From a virus, in IMG/VR virus record IMGVR_UViG_3300050016_000116, positions 1 through 64,000 of that record: 64,000 nt of DNA; one strand, 5' to 3'. The first letter of the stretch is position 1. The number at the start of each line of letters is the position of its first letter. Below the pieces are notes generated by a model. That model was not told the origin of the DNA, did no database searches, and was given only the letters and a program-made list of their open reading frames with translations. Below are positions 39,133 to 47,997 of this stretch, piece after piece. Position numbers and translations under genes: made by a program.

Positions 39133-39657
39133 ATGAACATGATCCTCTACGTTGTCGGTGCGCCTGGATGCGGGAAGACCACCCTGGTTCGTCGACTCCT
39201 GGAAGCGGACAACTACTTCAACGTTCGACCGAAGTGGACGATCGGGAACGGGCAGAAGGTCTGCGCAGCGGGGCACTATACGGGTGGAACGTTTGATGGA
39301 GCCGACACGGTTCCGTACAACGGGTTTCAGCTGGCGCTCGACTTCTGGAAGGCGAACCTCATCAACTTCGAGCTGACGATCTTCGATGGGGATCGCTTCA
39401 GCGACAAGCGCACGATCGAGTTCTTCCAGTCTCAACCCGTCCACCAGCGGGTGATTCACTGCATCGCATCTGCGCAGCTCCTCGCAGAGCGCCGGCAGGA
39501 GCGAGGTTCGACTCAGAACCCCTCGTGGATGAAGGGACGGGAGACGAAGTCTGAGCGCTTTGCCACTGACCTCTTCTCACCCGAGGACAACCGACTCATT
39601 CTCCAGATGCACGAGAAGCCGGAGAACTTGGAGCGGAAGGTGCGGAAGTGGCTCTGA
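39133..39657 (+). CDS. P-loop kinase (5-hmU DNA kinase-like)
   Basis: VVGAPGCGKTT, GHY...FDGADT, IFDGDR, RRQERGSTQNPSWMKGRETK. Confidence 0.78.
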   Translation: MNMILYVVGAPGCGKTTLVRRLLEADNYFNVRPKWTIGNGQKVCAAGHYTGGTFDGADTVPYNGFQLALDFWKANLINFELTIFDGDRFSDKRTIEFFQSQPVHQRVIHCIASAQLLAERRQERGSTQNPSWMKGRETKSERFATDLFSPEDNRLILQMHEKPENLERKVRKWL

Positions 39658-40061
39658 CCCCTTTCGCCCGATGGTGGCGGAAGGTCCGAGAATCACTTCA
39701 GGCGCGGTACTACGAGGGGCCACACCCTCCACGCAGGCTCAATGAGATCGTCCTAGCGTTTGCCAACGAGCACCCCGCAGCCACACGTCTGGAGTGGGTG
39801 ACGTTCGCGATCGAGCACGCACGGGAGACCTACCGAACGGGATGGGTGCGGGGAATGGAGTACACCGAGCGGTCTCCCGAGGAGCGCACGGCAATTCGCA
39901 CCGCCGATCCCGATGCAGCCGCGGACATGCTTGATCCGGACTGGAAGTGGCAGCCAGCGATCAACCTGGAGTACGACCCTCACGCGGTCCCCATTGCGCA
40001 GCCAGGGGAACGTGAAGCGATCGAGAGAATGTTCACGAAACCGAAGGAGAAGAAGACATGA
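39648..40061 (+). CDS. Hypothetical protein
   Basis: Overlapping 137 aa ORF. Confidence 0.6.
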   Translation: MALTPFARWWRKVRESLQARYYEGPHPPRRLNEIVLAFANEHPAATRLEWVTFAIEHARETYRTGWVRGMEYTERSPEERTAIRTADPDAAADMLDPDWKWQPAINLEYDPHAVPIAQPGEREAIERMFTKPKEKKT

Positions 40062-40486
40062 CCGAAGAGACGAAGTGGGATCCGCAGTCGCTCCTGGGCA
40101 AGTTCGTGCTCTATGTGCCGGCGAAGTTCATCGGGAGGGTCACCGACTTCTTCGATGGGACTACGAAGAAGTTCACTTCCCCCATCAACAACCAGCAAGT
40201 GAAGGGTCCTGTTCTCCAGATCGATGGGCAGCACCATCTCGTCGCAGTCGAGTCCTCGTTCATCGAGCTTCAGGAGGGGGAGGCAGCGTTCTTCGCTGCG
40301 GTCCAGCAGGCGCTCACCGGAGCGCTCGCAGAGGTCGTGAAGATCGGGGCGGAGATGAAGATCCCCCCTCCGACCCTCGCACTCCTCCTCGTAGCCACAC
40401 TGCGGACGCAGGGCATGGCTTTGGAGGCATTCCACAAGAACGATCTCCCCCAGCAGGCACCTCCCGAGACGGCATTCCAGGGGTAA
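40058..40486 (+). CDS. Hypothetical protein
   Basis: AAGGAG RBS, 142 aa. Confidence 0.65.
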   Translation: MTEETKWDPQSLLGKFVLYVPAKFIGRVTDFFDGTTKKFTSPINNQQVKGPVLQIDGQHHLVAVESSFIELQEGEAAFFAAVQQALTGALAEVVKIGAEMKIPPPTLALLLVATLRTQGMALEAFHKNDLPQQAPPETAFQG

Positions 40487-40525
40487 GGCGCGATTCGAAA
40501 AGCGCTTTTCGAATGGAGACCGACC

Positions 40526-40774
40526 ATGGCAGACCTTCCCCCGCAGAACCCAGGCTTGACCTCCAACGCGGCTCACAACGCGGCTGCTGCGCTCGTGGAG
40601 ATGTACCGGGGCATCCTCGTGGACAACGAGCGGGAGAAGCAACTGCTGCGGATCCGGTTGCTGCGTCTGGAGGACGAGATCAAGAACATCAGGACTCTCT
40701 ACGCGAACGTGGTGGGTGTGCAGCCGAAGGTGAGTGTCGCTGACCCGCTACCCGAGGAACCGGAGCACGACTGA
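40526..40774 (+). CDS. Hypothetical coiled-coil protein
   Basis: GGAG RBS just after palindrome 40493-40514. Confidence 0.6.
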   Translation: MADLPPQNPGLTSNAAHNAAAALVEMYRGILVDNEREKQLLRIRLLRLEDEIKNIRTLYANVVGVQPKVSVADPLPEEPEHD

Positions 40775-41133
40775 TGCGCGGCTTCCTCTCCAAGACGTTC
40801 CAGGAACAGCTCCGGGTCTTCGACCAGGAGAAGGGGATCGATCATCGCCTGGACTTCTGGGTGGAGCAGTTCGGGGGTGGAGCCGGGGCTTGGCTCCTCT
40901 GGAACTATCGCAAGCAGATCCACAACGCGGGTGCGGTCGACTTCCAGATCCCCAGGGAGATCCCCACACCTAACTGGATGCGAGTTGCACTTGAGGCGAT
41001 CAAGAGACTCCCTTACTGGTCCGTGAATATCGTTGGAGGAACGAAGGACCCCATGAGGCGCTTCCGAGTTCGCTGGCATCGTCACGGTCACTTCAAACGC
41101 AAGCCGTCCCTACCCCCGGAGCAACTCTCATGA
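40774..41133 (+). CDS. Hypothetical protein
   Basis: Coupled 119 aa ORF. Confidence 0.55.
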   Translation: MRGFLSKTFQEQLRVFDQEKGIDHRLDFWVEQFGGGAGAWLLWNYRKQIHNAGAVDFQIPREIPTPNWMRVALEAIKRLPYWSVNIVGGTKDPMRRFRVRWHRHGHFKRKPSLPPEQLS

Positions 41134-42731
41134 CAATGGTGAATTATTCGGTTCTTGATCACGGCTACTTGGGACTAGTGGAGAGCTGGGGGAGTGACGA
41201 GCGCATCGTGGAGGCGGCGCGCATGTCGACGGGCAAGGGTTTCCTAGGGTGGGGGCCGAGCACCGTTTGCCAGTGTGGTCGGGAGGTCACTGAAGCCAAC
41301 GCGCTTGATCATCGCGAGTGCGGCTCACCCACGAAGTTCACGACGAGCCCCGGTGACGAGAAGCTCCTTCGCTACCTCTGGGAGAACAAGCACGCGACGC
41401 CATTCGAGATGGCGGGGATGACGATCGAGGTGCAGGCGCCCATCTTCGTCTTCCGGGAGTGGCACCGGCACCGAACGCAATGCCTCGTCGGCGAGACGAT
41501 GATCGCTTGCGTCTCGCCGAATGGCACGACCTATCAGCGCAGCATCAAGAACATCTTCGACCTCAAGTACGGTGGTGTCGAAGACACGCAACCGCGAACG
41601 AGGAACGGGACGAGCCGGGGTGGCACGCCCGTCAGACGAGAGGCGCGGCGGGTGGTCCCGTGGCGCAAGCGTGTTCTGCCCAACTGCCAGGCGCGCGCTC
41701 TCCGCGTGCTCAACGAGACGACGGGAGAGTTCGAGACAGCGCCGATGGCCGACGTTTGGGAGTCGGGCACGAAGCCCGTCTTCTGCGTGAAGACTGAGAC
41801 CGGGCGCACCGTCGAGGCGAGCGCTGAGCACCCGTTCTTCACGCGCGACGGCTGGAAGAAGCTCAAGGAGCTTCGCGTCGGCGATTCGCTTGCTCGCATC
41901 GGCGTCGTCGCTACGCGTGAGCGACCGCTCCCTCCGGCGCTCCGGGCCGGCATCGGCGTGTGGACATCGATGATGAGGGCTCGCCTCATTCGGCAGCCGA
42001 CGGACTTTTGTTATCTCTGCGAGACGGAGTTCAAGTTCTCGATCCTCGAACTCGACCACGTCGTGCCGGTGTCGGCGGACCTGTTGCGGGCGCTCGACGC
42101 GACGAACCTCCGCCCCATCTGCCCGCGATGCCACAAGAACAAGAGCGCTGCGGAGCAGCCCTCACGGGAGGGGATGACTCGCCGAGGCGTACGGTGGGAG
42201 CGCGTCGTCGAGGTCCGCGAAGTCGGCGACGCGCCTACCTACGACATCGAGGTCGACGGGCCGCACCACAACTTCGTCGCCAACGGGCTAGTGGTCCACA
42301 ACAGCTACAACGAGATGAGCAGTCGCTACATGCCGCTACCGGACGTGAACTACATCCCGAGTGTTGAGAGGTTGATGCTCAATTCGAAGACGAACAAGCA
42401 GGCGGGGACGGTAAAGGGCTCGGAGGAGATGACTGAGCCGAAGGCTGGGGCGGTGCGTCATGCGCTGTCGCTCCTCTACGGGGACCAGCAGCGTGCATAT
42501 GAGGAGTTCCTCAAGTGGGGCGTCCCGAAGGAGCTAGCCCGCGTCCACCTTCCCGTGGGTCGCTACTCGCGGATGCGCGCGAGCGCGAACCTGCGCAACT
42601 GGCTCGCGTTCCTCACGCTCCGGATGGACGAGAAAGCTCAGTGGGAGATCCGTCAGTACGCGAATGTAGTGGGGGAGATCATCTCTGCACAATTCCCGCG
42701 TACGTGGGCACTCTTCTCTGAGAAGCGCTGA
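41130..42731 (+). CDS. thyX: Flavin-dependent thymidylate synthase with intein
   Basis: AARMS, HATPFEM, PIFVFREWHRHRTQ|SYNEMSSRY, KELARVHLP, NLRNW..LR..AQWEIR. Confidence 0.95.
   Translation: MTMVNYSVLDHGYLGLVESWGSDERIVEAARMSTGKGFLGWGPSTVCQCGREVTEANALDHRECGSPTKFTTSPGDEKLLRYLWENKHATPFEMAGMTIEVQAPIFVFREWHRHRTQCLVGETMIACVSPNGTTYQRSIKNIFDLKYGGVEDTQPRTRNGTSRGGTPVRREARRVVPWRKRVLPNCQARALRVLNETTGEFETAPMADVWESGTKPVFCVKTETGRTVEASAEHPFFTRDGWKKLKELRVGDSLARIGVVATRERPLPPALRAGIGVWTSMMRARLIRQPTDFCYLCETEFKFSILELDHVVPVSADLLRALDATNLRPICPRCHKNKSAAEQPSREGMTRRGVRWERVVEVREVGDAPTYDIEVDGPHHNFVANGLVVHNSYNEMSSRYMPLPDVNYIPSVERLMLNSKTNKQAGTVKGSEEMTEPKAGAVRHALSLLYGDQQRAYEEFLKWGVPKELARVHLPVGRYSRMRASANLRNWLAFLTLRMDEKAQWEIRQYANVVGEIISAQFPRTWALFSEKR
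41481..42302 (+). mobile_element. Intein with in-frame HNH endonuclease in thyX
   Basis: CLVGET, ASAEHPFFT, CYLC..LDHVVP..NLRPICPRCH, TYDIEV..VVHN|S. Confidence 0.93.
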
Positions 42732-43537
42732 TGCGCGAGGTCATCATTGTTCCCCCAGAGAACTCGGCGCGAAAGGGGCGATCGTTCCGCGCAGTCTGTC
42801 TTGCGACGATTGAAGCGGACACACTCTGGGGGGAGACCATCACTGACGACACGCGCCCGGTGCTTGCGGTGTTCGCGGGTTCGGACCAGGAGATGCGTCC
42901 CTTCCAGGCGAACCTGCGAATGGGGAGGAAGGCGAACATCATCAACGCGGGCAGGAACTCCTACCGGAAGAAGACAGACCGGATGGAGTTCCTGCGGTCA
43001 GTCGATTACGAGTACACGTGGCAGCGGGAAGCAGAGGGATCGATCCTCACCGTGCGGCTCTCGGAGCTATTCATGCTCGACCCGGGGATGGTCGACCCAT
43101 GGGGCGCCAAGTTCATCGTCCTCCCCTCCTCCACGTGGGCAGCAGAGCAGACGATCGATCCCACTCCCGCGGTGATGCACGTGCGAGGTCTTGGGTTCAA
43201 GGGTATCGAGCATGAACAGCTCACTGCTCTCGTGCCTCTTGCCGCTCTCTTCGCGGTATATCTCGACCGGCGCACGCGTTGTCCAATCGTCATGGACGAA
43301 CGGTTCTACCTCCAGCTCTTCTGCGCCAGTCTCGGGCAAGGACTCGCATCGTTCGCGTGGGACGGGAGGTACAGCGAGGACTTCGGGGTGAACAAGTCGT
43401 TCAAGTTCTCGCAGGACACGGACGACGTTGGGTGCTTCGCGAAGGGTGTCGCGTTCAAGGCGAACCACGAGCAGATTGAGACCCTTCTCGCAGAGCAAAC
43501 CACCTACTTCTTCGAGGCTACTCATGGCGCGTCCTGA
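42731..43537 (+). CDS. Hypothetical protein coupled to the MTase-helicase
   Basis: 268 aa, overlaps the next gene. Confidence 0.65.
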   Translation: MREVIIVPPENSARKGRSFRAVCLATIEADTLWGETITDDTRPVLAVFAGSDQEMRPFQANLRMGRKANIINAGRNSYRKKTDRMEFLRSVDYEYTWQREAEGSILTVRLSELFMLDPGMVDPWGAKFIVLPSSTWAAEQTIDPTPAVMHVRGLGFKGIEHEQLTALVPLAALFAVYLDRRTRCPIVMDERFYLQLFCASLGQGLASFAWDGRYSEDFGVNKSFKFSQDTDDVGCFAKGVAFKANHEQIETLLAEQTTYFFEATHGAS

Positions 43538-46500
43538 ATCGCAGGCATTTGCCGGGTTCTTCCCGACACCACTGCATCTCCTCCCGCGCATCGCACGTCT
43601 GCTCTCTCCCAGGAGAGAGGAAGGTGCTGAGACATCGATTCTTGATCCCTGCGCGGGGGAGGGTCATGCGGTCGTGGAGCTGGCGAAGTACCTCTGCAAG
43701 CGCAGTCCGAACATCTTCGTGTGTGAGATGGAGTTCACGCGCTACGAAGCGCTTGAGAAGACACTCAGAGGAGTCGGGTGCTGGAAGAACGTTCTCCACG
43801 GAGACGCATTCCGGGTCACGTTCAAGAAGGGGAGCAATGAGGGGGTCTCTGTTCTCTACCTGAACCCTCCCTACGACACGCACCCGGTCTACGGACGGTT
43901 GGAGCACAAGTTCCTGGAGAGGTTCACCGACACCCTCAAGGATGGTGGGATTCTCTTCTACGTGGTTCCGTACTACTCCCTCAAGGCATCGGCGGACTTC
44001 TTCGCCTCACGATTCTCTGAGCTGCACTGCTACAAGTTCCCGGGCTCCGACTTTGAGGCGTTCAAGCAAGTTGTCTTGGTCGGGCAGAAGGGAAGTGGAC
44101 TATTCGGGGAGAGCAACAAGAAGCTGCGCCAAGACGTGCTCACGTGGGCGGAGGACCCGGAGCGAATCCAGAAGCTCCCAGCGATCCCGGAGCCGCTCTG
44201 GGAGGTCCCTTCTTCCCCGCGGTACCACGATGGGTTGGAGGAGTGGATCATCCGCCCGGTCGACATCACGGCGCTCACGAAGAAGGTGCGCCCATGGATG
44301 CAGTCAGCTCGGAATGGAGCGCTCATCCCCATCCCGGGGATCGTTCCCGATCTCCCGGTCCAAGAGATGCTCCTGCGCCAGTACCCCGTAGCGACCCCTC
44401 CTAGACCCGCGCACATCGCGGCAGGCATCGCATCAGGCATCTTCAACGGAGCCCGTCTGAAGCCATCCTACCGCGAAAGAAGGGCACTCCCGGCTCTCCT
44501 CGTGAAGGGGTGCTTTGACAAGGAGTACCGGACGGTGGAGGAGAAGAAGGACAAGAACGGGAACACCAAGGGTCTCGTTCAGGTTCAGCAGCCGAAGCTG
44601 GTCACCACCGTGCTCGACCTCTCAACGTTCCGCTACCACGTGCTCAAGAGTGGTGTGGAGCCCTGTAAGGGTATCCCCAAGGTCGAGACGATGAGCGTGG
44701 CAGACCTCATCGAGCACTATGGGGACTCGATGACGGGGGTGATGGGGGTGCAGTGCCCGGTGCTCTACGACCCGAGAAGGGACGCGGACTCCATCCCCAT
44801 CCCGGAGACACCCAGGAAGCTCTTCAACGCCCAAGCGCACGCGGTTCGAGCGCTGGTGAAGCTTCTCGGAGGACCATCATCGACGAAGAGGAAGCGAAGG
44901 GGGAAGGCAGCGATCCTCCTGGGGGAGATTGGGGTAGGCAAGAGCACGGTCGCAGCAATGGCAGCAGAGACCATCAAGGCGAAGCGCATCCTCATCATGT
45001 GCCCACCTCACCTCTTGACCTCGTGGACGAACGAGTGCGCGGCAGTGCTCCCGCACGCAGAGGTGGTCGTCCTCAACAATGTGGAGGACGTGGACGCGCT
45101 CGTTTCGAGGAAGCAGCGGAGGGGGACGACCAAGCGCACGATCGTCACGCTCCTCACACGCGAGACAGCGAAGCTATCGCACTCCCGGGAAGGAGTTGGG
45201 GGAACTTGCCCGAAGTGCGGGTCATCCCTTCCCTTCGACCCCGAGGATCTTGCGAAGAAGCGGGAGCGCTGCGAGCACATCCCCAAGACACCCTCCAACA
45301 AGCTCGCAGAGATCTCCATCCGACTTGGCTATCGGCTCCTCCCGTTCTCGGGGGACGTGGCTGCATACTTCGGTGGGTTCTTCGACAAGCAGCGCGCGAA
45401 TGCCTACGACTCGATGGAGAAGCGGCCGCAATTCCGAGGGCTCACCCTCGGGGAGCTGGATGACGCGCTCGTGGAGCTTCTCATGCTTCTCCCGCAGTCT
45501 CTCGACAGCGAGACGCGTACCAAGGTCGAGAATGCGATCGTGGTCATCCTCCATGCAGCGGGAGACGAGGAGCGCACGTTGAAGACAGCGGCAATCGTCG
45601 CTGCGAACAACAACTCATGGACCCACTTCGAGCAGGACTTGCTCCTCTTGCTTCCTCCTGGCGATCCGCGGGTAGCGCAGTTCATCAAGGAAGTGAAGGA
45701 AGCTGAGAAGCCCAAGAGCTACGGCGGTGACGTTTGGCACGCGTTCGAACAGCGAGTGCAGGATTCGAAGGAGGGGAAGGCAAAGGCAGGTTCGATCGAT
45801 GTCTCCTGGGCATCGGGGGAGCTGATGCTGCACTCGAAGTGCAAGCGCGGGTCTCTCGAAGCAGCACGTGCAGCGTTCATTGGGATTCGGGTTTTCTCCA
45901 CCTTCGAGGATGGTGAGCCGTGCGGGGAGTTCCTCTTCCAGGCAGTTCCGACCCCGAGACGTGTTGCGCTCTCTTCCTACATCACGAAGTACCACCCGGA
46001 GCTGTTCGACTTCCTCGTGCTCGACGAAGGACACGAGTACAGCTCTGACTCCAGCGCGCAGAGCTTCGCTGCCCACCGTCTCACCGCACTCGGGCTCCCC
46101 ACGATCTTGATGACCGGGACGATCATGAACGGGTACGCAGAGAGCTTGTTCACGAACCTCTGGGCGCTCTCCCCCGCGTTTCGTTCGGAGTTCGATCGCA
46201 ACGAGCGCCAGCGGTTCATCGACCGCTACGGGTATCGCAAGCGAATCGTGGAGGACCGGGACAAGGAGACCAAACAAGTGGTCGAGTTCGGTTCGCAGTC
46301 GGATCGAGTGGTCCGCTCAGAGCGGGTTGTCGGCAATGCTCCCGGGCTCCTCCCGCTCTTCCTCCTGCGCCACCTTCTCCCCATCTCCGTCACGCTCCAC
46401 AAGACGGACTTGGCGATCGATCTCCCTCCCCTGCGTCAGGAGAGGTTCCGCGTGAAGCCGACAATCAAGCAGCACCAGTTCTACGACCAGCTCAAGGATG

Positions 46501-47258
46501 CTCTGGTGACGCAGATCAAGGCAGACCGTTACGTGGAAGGACTTGCGGGGAAGCTCTGGGGTCAGCTTGCAGAGCTACCGTCCTACTTGGACCGGGCGCA
46601 CGAGGGGTTTGAGATTCGCTACCCGGAGTCGGTGGGTGGAGCCATTGTGGCAAGCGTTCCCCCTCTCCCGCTCACCCCCGTGCTCCCAAAGGAGCGATGG
46701 ATCCTCGACAAGGTGCAGAGCGAGCTGGACGAGGGAAGGAACGTGATGGTGTTCTCTTGGCACCTCTCGCTCCTCCCGCGACTTCAGCGGCTCATCTCCG
46801 AACACATCGGGGAGGACGTTCCTATCCTCTTCGCGGACAAGGTCCCGACAGCGAAGCGCCAGGATTGGATCGATCGCGAGGTCATCCGGAAGGGAGCGCG
46901 GGTGATGTGCGCGAACCCTGTCGCTATCCAGACGGGGCTCAACAACTTGGTCTACTTCGCCACGGAGATCTGGCACGAGAACCCGGCGTGCAACCCCATC
47001 ACCTACCGCCAAGCGGTCGGGCGGGTGGATCGTATCGGGCAGAAGAAGGACACACGGATCTTCTTCCCGATCTACGAGGAGACACTCCAGGAAGCGCTCT
47101 ACGACCTCCTGATGAAGAAGGTCGCTGTTTCCGTCAGCACGGATGGACTAGATCCCGAGTCAGCACTTCAGGCAGCGGGAGCCGGAGAGGACGAGTACAT
47201 GATGGGTCTGTCGATTGGTCGGCAGCTCTGGAAGATGATGAACGAAGAGGCAGCATGA
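43524..47258 (+). CDS. DNA methyltransferase (DUF6094-like) - SNF2-type helicase fusion
   Basis: GFFPTP, LDPCAGEG, YLNPPY; GEIGVGKS, LDEGH, MTGT, QTGLN, QAVGRVDRIGQ. Confidence 0.85.
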   Translation: MARPESQAFAGFFPTPLHLLPRIARLLSPRREEGAETSILDPCAGEGHAVVELAKYLCKRSPNIFVCEMEFTRYEALEKTLRGVGCWKNVLHGDAFRVTFKKGSNEGVSVLYLNPPYDTHPVYGRLEHKFLERFTDTLKDGGILFYVVPYYSLKASADFFASRFSELHCYKFPGSDFEAFKQVVLVGQKGSGLFGESNKKLRQDVLTWAEDPERIQKLPAIPEPLWEVPSSPRYHDGLEEWIIRPVDITALTKKVRPWMQSARNGALIPIPGIVPDLPVQEMLLRQYPVATPPRPAHIAAGIASGIFNGARLKPSYRERRALPALLVKGCFDKEYRTVEEKKDKNGNTKGLVQVQQPKLVTTVLDLSTFRYHVLKSGVEPCKGIPKVETMSVADLIEHYGDSMTGVMGVQCPVLYDPRRDADSIPIPETPRKLFNAQAHAVRALVKLLGGPSSTKRKRRGKAAILLGEIGVGKSTVAAMAAETIKAKRILIMCPPHLLTSWTNECAAVLPHAEVVVLNNVEDVDALVSRKQRRGTTKRTIVTLLTRETAKLSHSREGVGGTCPKCGSSLPFDPEDLAKKRERCEHIPKTPSNKLAEISIRLGYRLLPFSGDVAAYFGGFFDKQRANAYDSMEKRPQFRGLTLGELDDALVELLMLLPQSLDSETRTKVENAIVVILHAAGDEERTLKTAAIVAANNNSWTHFEQDLLLLLPPGDPRVAQFIKEVKEAEKPKSYGGDVWHAFEQRVQDSKEGKAKAGSIDVSWASGELMLHSKCKRGSLEAARAAFIGIRVFSTFEDGEPCGEFLFQAVPTPRRVALSSYITKYHPELFDFLVLDEGHEYSSDSSAQSFAAHRLTALGLPTILMTGTIMNGYAESLFTNLWALSPAFRSEFDRNERQRFIDRYGYRKRIVEDRDKETKQVVEFGSQSDRVVRSERVVGNAPGLLPLFLLRHLLPISVTLHKTDLAIDLPPLRQERFRVKPTIKQHQFYDQLKDALVTQIKADRYVEGLAGKLWGQLAELPSYLDRAHEGFEIRYPESVGGAIVASVPPLPLTPVLPKERWILDKVQSELDEGRNVMVFSWHLSLLPRLQRLISEHIGEDVPILFADKVPTAKRQDWIDREVIRKGARVMCANPVAIQTGLNNLVYFATEIWHENPACNPITYRQAVGRVDRIGQKKDTRIFFPIYEETLQEALYDLLMKKVAVSVSTDGLDPESALQAAGAGEDEYMMGLSIGRQLWKMMNEEAA

Positions 47259-47485
47259 GTGAGGAGAGGTCATGGCAAGAGTATCGACCACGGTGGGCTC
47301 AGCACGTCAGAGGCGAGCACACGACAAGAGGACTGACCCCGAGCGACAGCCAGGTGTGGAAGGTGACGTGCGAGACGTGCGGGGAGACGTACGGACCCCT
47401 CCCCTGCAACACGGGGATGGTGCGCAACCACATCGCGAAGTTCGCGCTTCAGCACGCACATCGGGATCCTCTTCTCCCGAAGTGA
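47255..47485 (+). CDS. Small Zn-finger-like protein
   Basis: CETC..H..H; coupled. Confidence 0.55.
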   Translation: MSEERSWQEYRPRWAQHVRGEHTTRGLTPSDSQVWKVTCETCGETYGPLPCNTGMVRNHIAKFALQHAHRDPLLPK

Positions 47486-47895
47486 AGCGGGTCCCGGTCG
47501 ACTTCCGTTACGATGCGGTGAACCCGGACTTCCTTCTGGCGCTCGCGAAGATCGGATCGTACGCGTCGGAAAAGTACGGGAGCTGGTCGCAATACACCGG
47601 AGCACGTCTCCTCGGAGATAAGGATCCCGTCAATCACATCTACGAACACCTCCGGCAGTACCAGATGAACGAGGGGTACGATCACTTTGACGGAGACGTG
47701 CGCTGGCATCTCGTCGCGGTCGCTTACAATGCCATGATGAGCTTCTGGTACCACTCGAAGTGGGGCGCGCTTCGTCACCCCCTCGACCTCAAGGAGGATT
47801 CGAAAAGCGCTTTTCGAACCGGGGAGGTTCGCTCCGTTCCCGGCATCCGCATCTACGAGTTTCCAGGGGAAAAGAAGCCCTCCAAGAAAAAGTAA
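47482..47895 (+). CDS. dATP/dGTP diphosphohydrolase-like (DUF5664-like)
   Basis: RYDAV..LAKIGSYASEKYG..HL..E.YD...HLVAVAYNAMM. Confidence 0.65.
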   Translation: MKRVPVDFRYDAVNPDFLLALAKIGSYASEKYGSWSQYTGARLLGDKDPVNHIYEHLRQYQMNEGYDHFDGDVRWHLVAVAYNAMMSFWYHSKWGALRHPLDLKEDSKSAFRTGEVRSVPGIRIYEFPGEKKPSKKK

Positions 47896-47997
47896 GAAAA
47901 GAACTTGCGAAGCTTCGCAGAAGGTTTATAGTCTCTCTTGTCCCCGCCGCTCTCCGAGAGAAACGGAGCGCTTCCGGGGCAGGAGGATACGAAGATG
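47886..47997 (+). promoter_or_regulatory. Host sigma70-type (early) promoter/leader module, copy 2
   Basis: A-tracts, TTGCGA-N16-TATAGT, leader ending CAGGAGGATACGAAGATG. Confidence 0.75.
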
